From the NCBI GenBank assembly GCA_018971385.1, contig JAGXAY010000001.1:34822-98821 (forward strand): DNA of 64,000 nucleotides, given 5' to 3'. Numbering within the stretch: position 1 is the stretch's first letter; the number at the start of each line of letters is the position of its first letter. Positions 60,147-64,000 of this stretch are shown piece by piece. This DNA comes from Acidobacteriota bacterium (lineage in GTDB: Bacteria > Actinomycetota > Acidimicrobiia > Acidimicrobiales > RAAP-2). Below the pieces are notes generated by a model that saw only the letters and a list, made by a program, of their open reading frames with translations, made no database searches and was not told the DNA's origin. Position numbers and translations under genes: made by a program.

Positions 60147-60375
60147 CCGAAAACGTGATCGCTAATTCGCAGTCCGCATACTGTCGTGCATCATCCGTCG
60201 CCAACTGGTCCCACCTACACACCGGAGCACACCATTCCCGAGTTCGAATCATCGAATCGGCCCACTGCTGAACGACGCACACTACCGAGGGGCCAATCGA
60301 CAATGTTACTTCTCTCCTTGGCGCTCCTCGCGACGCCGATCGGATAATTAAGGAAATTCGTCATACCGTTCCGGA

Positions 60376-61455
60376 TTAACGACTCAACACCTGCGTCACA
60401 AATGCCCGAAACTCTTCCTGTGGATGAAGTTGCCGACTGTGCTGGATGGTCTCGGCGCTGGCCCGGCGCTTTTCTTCGTAGAGACGGTCATCGAGAAACG
60501 CTCGGTCAATCTGAGCTGCGAAATCAGAGATGTCAAATGGCCGAGCGAGATACATGAACTCCCGGCGATCGGCAAAACACGGTAAGTCAAAGGCCACGGT
60601 GGGAACGCCTCGTGACGCTCCTTCCAGTGGTACGTAGGAAGGTCCCTCGTAGCGAGACGGGAGAAGGAGCGCGCGGGCGCTCTTCAAGAGGTCATCTTTC
60701 GGGGTTCCCCGGACGTAACCAAGAACTTCGACGGACGATGAGAGTGGCCAACGTCGAACAAGCTTCTGCCAATCCTTGTTCGACGGATCGAATCCCGCCA
60801 GCGCTACGTCGGGGGCTCGTGAGCCCAGCCGGTGCAGAGAACGGACTAGTAAGTCGAGGCCTTTTTGGTGGATATCAGGGCGCCCCAGAAAGACCGCTCG
60901 CTCCCCTGGAGAATCGTTCCACACCGCTATACCTGGTTCCACCACCTGACCAAAAGCCGCCGTCACGGTCTGAGGGCTGAGGGTCCGAATTCGTTGGGAC
61001 ACACTCTCGTGAGTGGTAGCAATCCAGTCATATTTCTGTAATCGGTGCCGAGTCAAGAGGTGAAAGGGAACGTGATATTTCGCCGACATCTCATCCCAGA
61101 AAGAGAAATTGGCGAGACCTATAACGGGTGTTGTCGTGTGGGTGGGCATACCGGAGGGACCAATCGGGGGAATGAAGTTCTCCACGATGAGGTCAAAGTG
61201 CTCCCCCTCTCGTCGAACCACATCCAATTGGCGTCGGGCGAAGGAGAGTTGGGTCGACTTGGTCACCTGGTCGGTGCGAAGAAGTGCTCTGTACGTGACG
61301 GCACCACGAGTCCGATGCGTCTCCGACATCACCGTCCATACTTCAACGTCATGTACATCACTCAGGGGCTCAATAAACTCTTCCGTAAACCGAGCCTGCC
61401 CCCCGGGGTGACCCGAGAAATGCGTGTCGGAGTCGAAGCAAAGAATCCTCGCCAT
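60376..61455 (-). CDS. Glycosyltransferase family 4
   Basis: GHPGGQ, FLGRPDIHQKGLD and PSRYEGPSYVPLEG motifs. Confidence 0.88.
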   Translation of the reverse strand: MARILCFDSDTHFSGHPGGQARFTEEFIEPLSDVHDVEVWTVMSETHRTRGAVTYRALLRTDQVTKSTQLSFARRQLDVVRREGEHFDLIVENFIPPIGPSGMPTHTTTPVIGLANFSFWDEMSAKYHVPFHLLTRHRLQKYDWIATTHESVSQRIRTLSPQTVTAAFGQVVEPGIAVWNDSPGERAVFLGRPDIHQKGLDLLVRSLHRLGSRAPDVALAGFDPSNKDWQKLVRRWPLSSSVEVLGYVRGTPKDDLLKSARALLLPSRYEGPSYVPLEGASRGVPTVAFDLPCFADRREFMYLARPFDISDFAAQIDRAFLDDRLYEEKRRASAETIQHSRQLHPQEEFRAFVTQVLSR

Positions 61456-61480
61456 CAGCGGAGTCCCTTCATCGCATGCT

Positions 61481-64000
61481 TCACTTCGAAATGAGATCTG
61501 CGGTGGGGACGACGCGAACGCTACTCACCGACAACGCGGCGAGTCCAGCCTGAGCTGGAAACATGGAAATTCGGAGATGAGCAGGTGCCGACACCTCCGC
61601 CGAACGCTTCGCTCCGAGGTTGTCCACGAACATCGACAGGGGAATCCACAGATGCTCGGGCCCCGAAGGATTTACCCCAATTTCGTACTGGAGATATCCT
61701 CCCTGCGGAGACACCAACTCCACGCTCACCACCACGCCCTGATACTGAGCGTTCACCGTGAGATCGACTCCGGCGAGTCGATTAAGGGGCCCGAAAGTCG
61801 CGGGGTCGCTCACACCGAGTGACGATCGGGGAGATCCGTCGAAGTGACCAACCAGACGCAGAGAGGTTCCCGACGCCGTCACGCTCGTGGCACTCGCTGT
61901 CGCAGAATGACTTCGACCGAGTGGAGCGGACGAGAAGACGAGAGCGGGGATGTGGCGAACGTCGGGAAAGGGAACGGCAACGAGTTCTCCGGTAAGCCCC
62001 TGGGAAAGATTGACGCGCAAGAGGGGCTTTGCGACCGCCACCGACTCGCTCGCGAGGCTGGAGGGCGCTACGAAGTGATTGACATAGACCCCGTACTGAT
62101 AACCAAGAGCGCTGAGATCGTTTAAGGGAACCTGCGGGCTCCAAAAACCCACAGAAATGCCTGGTCGGGCGTACTGGGCCATGATGGGGTCGACGTAGGT
62201 TCCCGCCACCCGACTACCCGTCGGCACGTGGTGATTCACGTAGGCCATGAGTGCGGGAATGGGTTCAGACCCCGTTCCGTAGGGAAGGTCAATCGAAGGA
62301 TAGAGGGTCCGTGCAGCCCACGCCAAGGGTGACTGGGACAGAGAGAGTTCACCGCCCACGAGTGGCGAGAACATGAACAGGAACTCCGCGGCCATCACGC
62401 CCCCTAGGGCCGCCCAGAGCGACCGGCGCCGAGGGCGAAAATAGAAGTACCGCAGCGTCCATCCCGCCACTAACAAGACCAGGGGGACCATGGGGAGGAG
62501 TTGGTAACTCCAACTCGTAGGAGCACTGATGATGAGTTCGGTTAGGCCAACGAGTGGAAGGGCCGACACGAAAAGAATGTCTCGGGGGGCCCGGCGCATA
62601 AAGAGGGGGAAGGCGAGAGGACTCACCACCATCACCAACCACGCCGCGAGCATGGCGAGAGGGAAACTCGCCACGAGCGACAGCGGATACCTCCACCAAT
62701 CGATGACCAAACCCGAGCTGCTGTACTTCGCGAAGAGGAAACTAAAGACACCGTGATATTGGGAAGGAGTTCGGTAGCCGGACCACACGACAAAGGGGGT
62801 AACGACCGAACTCGCAATCAGTACGGCCGCCCGACGGCGATGGCCGGATCGCACCAGGTGAATGAGGGCCACCAACCCGATCAGAAAGAACACGACACCG
62901 TAGGAAAACTTGGTGAGGAGACTCGCCGCGAGCGTAGCGCCGAGGTAGAGAGTCCGCCGAGTGGTGATGGAGTCTTTAAGTCTCAGATACGCGTCGAGAG
63001 CCAAGACGAGTTCCAGCGTGAGCAGAGGTTCGATAAAGGCCGATGCTCCGGTGACAATGGCCAAGGGGAACAGGGCAAATGCGGCGGCGGCGAAGACTGC
63101 CGTACCCTCCGAGAGCCATCGACGGCCCACCCTCCAGATCATGACGTTGGTGACGAGAGAGAACACCACGCTCATCAGGCGCGCGGAAGTGAGGGCACTG
63201 ACCCCCAACCCCTTACCCGCAAAGATGGCCACGCCAAAGAACCACATGGCGAGGGGGGGATTGGCAAAGTACGGCGATTGGGGTGGATACACGTGTTGTT
63301 GGAACTGAAAGATGTACGAGAAGAGATGAGAGGAAAACCACTGACCCGTCCACGCAACGTAGTTAATCTCGTCGTCTCGCCACGGCAGATGGAGAGCCTC
63401 GTAGATTCGCAGAACCACTCCGAGAAGCACTGCCGCCCACAGCACTCCCGTCAGCCCCAGGTTGTAGCGATGTTGGCGAACCTCCACCTCACGACCACTC
63501 GAGGGATCCGACTTCAGATCAACCCGTCCGGCGGCGAGTTCGGGATGCGCCCGCAACCAGGCCGGACGCTCTGGAGGAGACGTCATCACGGTGAGTAGCT
63601 TCTCGGCGACGTTGCCCCAGGACCACGAAGTGGACGCCACCGCCGCGTTGCGCGACAAGCGACGCCACTCGTCGGGTGAAGTGAGGAGGGAAACAGCGGC
63701 GTCGGCGAGGGCGGCAGGACGCTCCTCGGTAAGTAGTCCCGTCTCGCCGTGACGCACCGAGTCCTGGAGGCCCGGCACGTCGTACCCGATGGTGGGGACT
63801 CCCCGGGCTCCCGCTTCGTTAACGACCAACCCCCATCCTTCTCGAACACTGGTCATCAGCAGTAAATCGGCCCGCGAGAGGATATCCACCTTGAACTCTT
63901 CGCTCACGTGGCCCCAGACGCGGACGTTCTCCGAAGCGAGCGCCCGCGCTTCCTCCAACAGATAACCTCCGCCGAGGACGTCGAGCGAGGCTTCAGGAAT
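61481..64000 (-). CDS. Fusion of GT4 (C-terminal half visible) and an ArnT/PMT-like GT-C with a C-terminal soluble domain; 5' partial
   Basis: Frame is open to the window end (IPEASLDVLGGGYLLEE...). TSVREGWGLVVNEA, then WRDDEINY, NPPL, SARLMS, FIEP and LTKFS, about 11 TM segments and a beta-rich tail. Confidence 0.82.
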   Translation of the reverse strand: MPEASLDVLGGGYLLEEARALASENVRVWGHVSEEFKVDILSRADLLLMTSVREGWGLVVNEAGARGVPTIGYDVPGLQDSVRHGETGLLTEERPAALADAAVSLLTSPDEWRRLSRNAAVASTSWSWGNVAEKLLTVMTSPPERPAWLRAHPELAAGRVDLKSDPSSGREVEVRQHRYNLGLTGVLWAAVLLGVVLRIYEALHLPWRDDEINYVAWTGQWFSSHLFSYIFQFQQHVYPPQSPYFANPPLAMWFFGVAIFAGKGLGVSALTSARLMSVVFSLVTNVMIWRVGRRWLSEGTAVFAAAAFALFPLAIVTGASAFIEPLLTLELVLALDAYLRLKDSITTRRTLYLGATLAASLLTKFSYGVVFFLIGLVALIHLVRSGHRRRAAVLIASSVVTPFVVWSGYRTPSQYHGVFSFLFAKYSSSGLVIDWWRYPLSLVASFPLAMLAAWLVMVVSPLAFPLFMRRAPRDILFVSALPLVGLTELIISAPTSWSYQLLPMVPLVLLVAGWTLRYFYFRPRRRSLWAALGGVMAAEFLFMFSPLVGGELSLSQSPLAWAARTLYPSIDLPYGTGSEPIPALMAYVNHHVPTGSRVAGTYVDPIMAQYARPGISVGFWSPQVPLNDLSALGYQYGVYVNHFVAPSSLASESVAVAKPLLRVNLSQGLTGELVAVPFPDVRHIPALVFSSAPLGRSHSATASATSVTASGTSLRLVGHFDGSPRSSLGVSDPATFGPLNRLAGVDLTVNAQYQGVVVSVELVSPQGGYLQYEIGVNPSGPEHLWIPLSMFVDNLGAKRSAEVSAPAHLRISMFPAQAGLAALSVSSVRVVPTADLISK

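Noticed and set aside
60236-60256. GTTCGAATC T-loop-like motif
   Set aside because: The flanking bases do not form a T-stem and no acceptor or anticodon arm is present.

Overview
A 64 kb window from a high-GC actinobacterial chromosome; the gene content fits Acidimicrobiia (inference, no database search run). Bases 1-39.6 kb are dense core/metabolic sequence: a partial CcmA-like ABC ATPase, gmd, cspA, cysS, valS, gltX with tRNA-Gln(CTG) and tRNA-Glu(CTC), a secreted GH3-FN3 glycosidase, a three-gene Pnt transhydrogenase, ogt, a two-component system, ctaC-D-F cytochrome oxidase and a mycobacterial Sdh1-type succinate dehydrogenase. Two small accessory patches lie in this part: a PadR pair and a broken nucleotidyltransferase pair beside tRNA-Glu. 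Bases 39.6-64 kb are an accessory surface-glycosylation locus. It holds three Wzx-like flippases, three GT-C-like membrane proteins, a flippase-GT2-GT4 triple fusion and a GT4-GT-C fusion. It also has a low-GC block encoding a WbpI/WbpB/WbpD/WbpE-like diacetamido-sugar pathway and is interrupted by a three-layer nest of IS3-family elements. The most interesting candidates are this polyprenyl-phosphate glycosylation system with its fusions, and an S51/cyanophycinase-like hydrolase fused to a CysRS C-terminal domain. No CRISPR array or rRNA was seen. All product calls come from motif recognition by eye.
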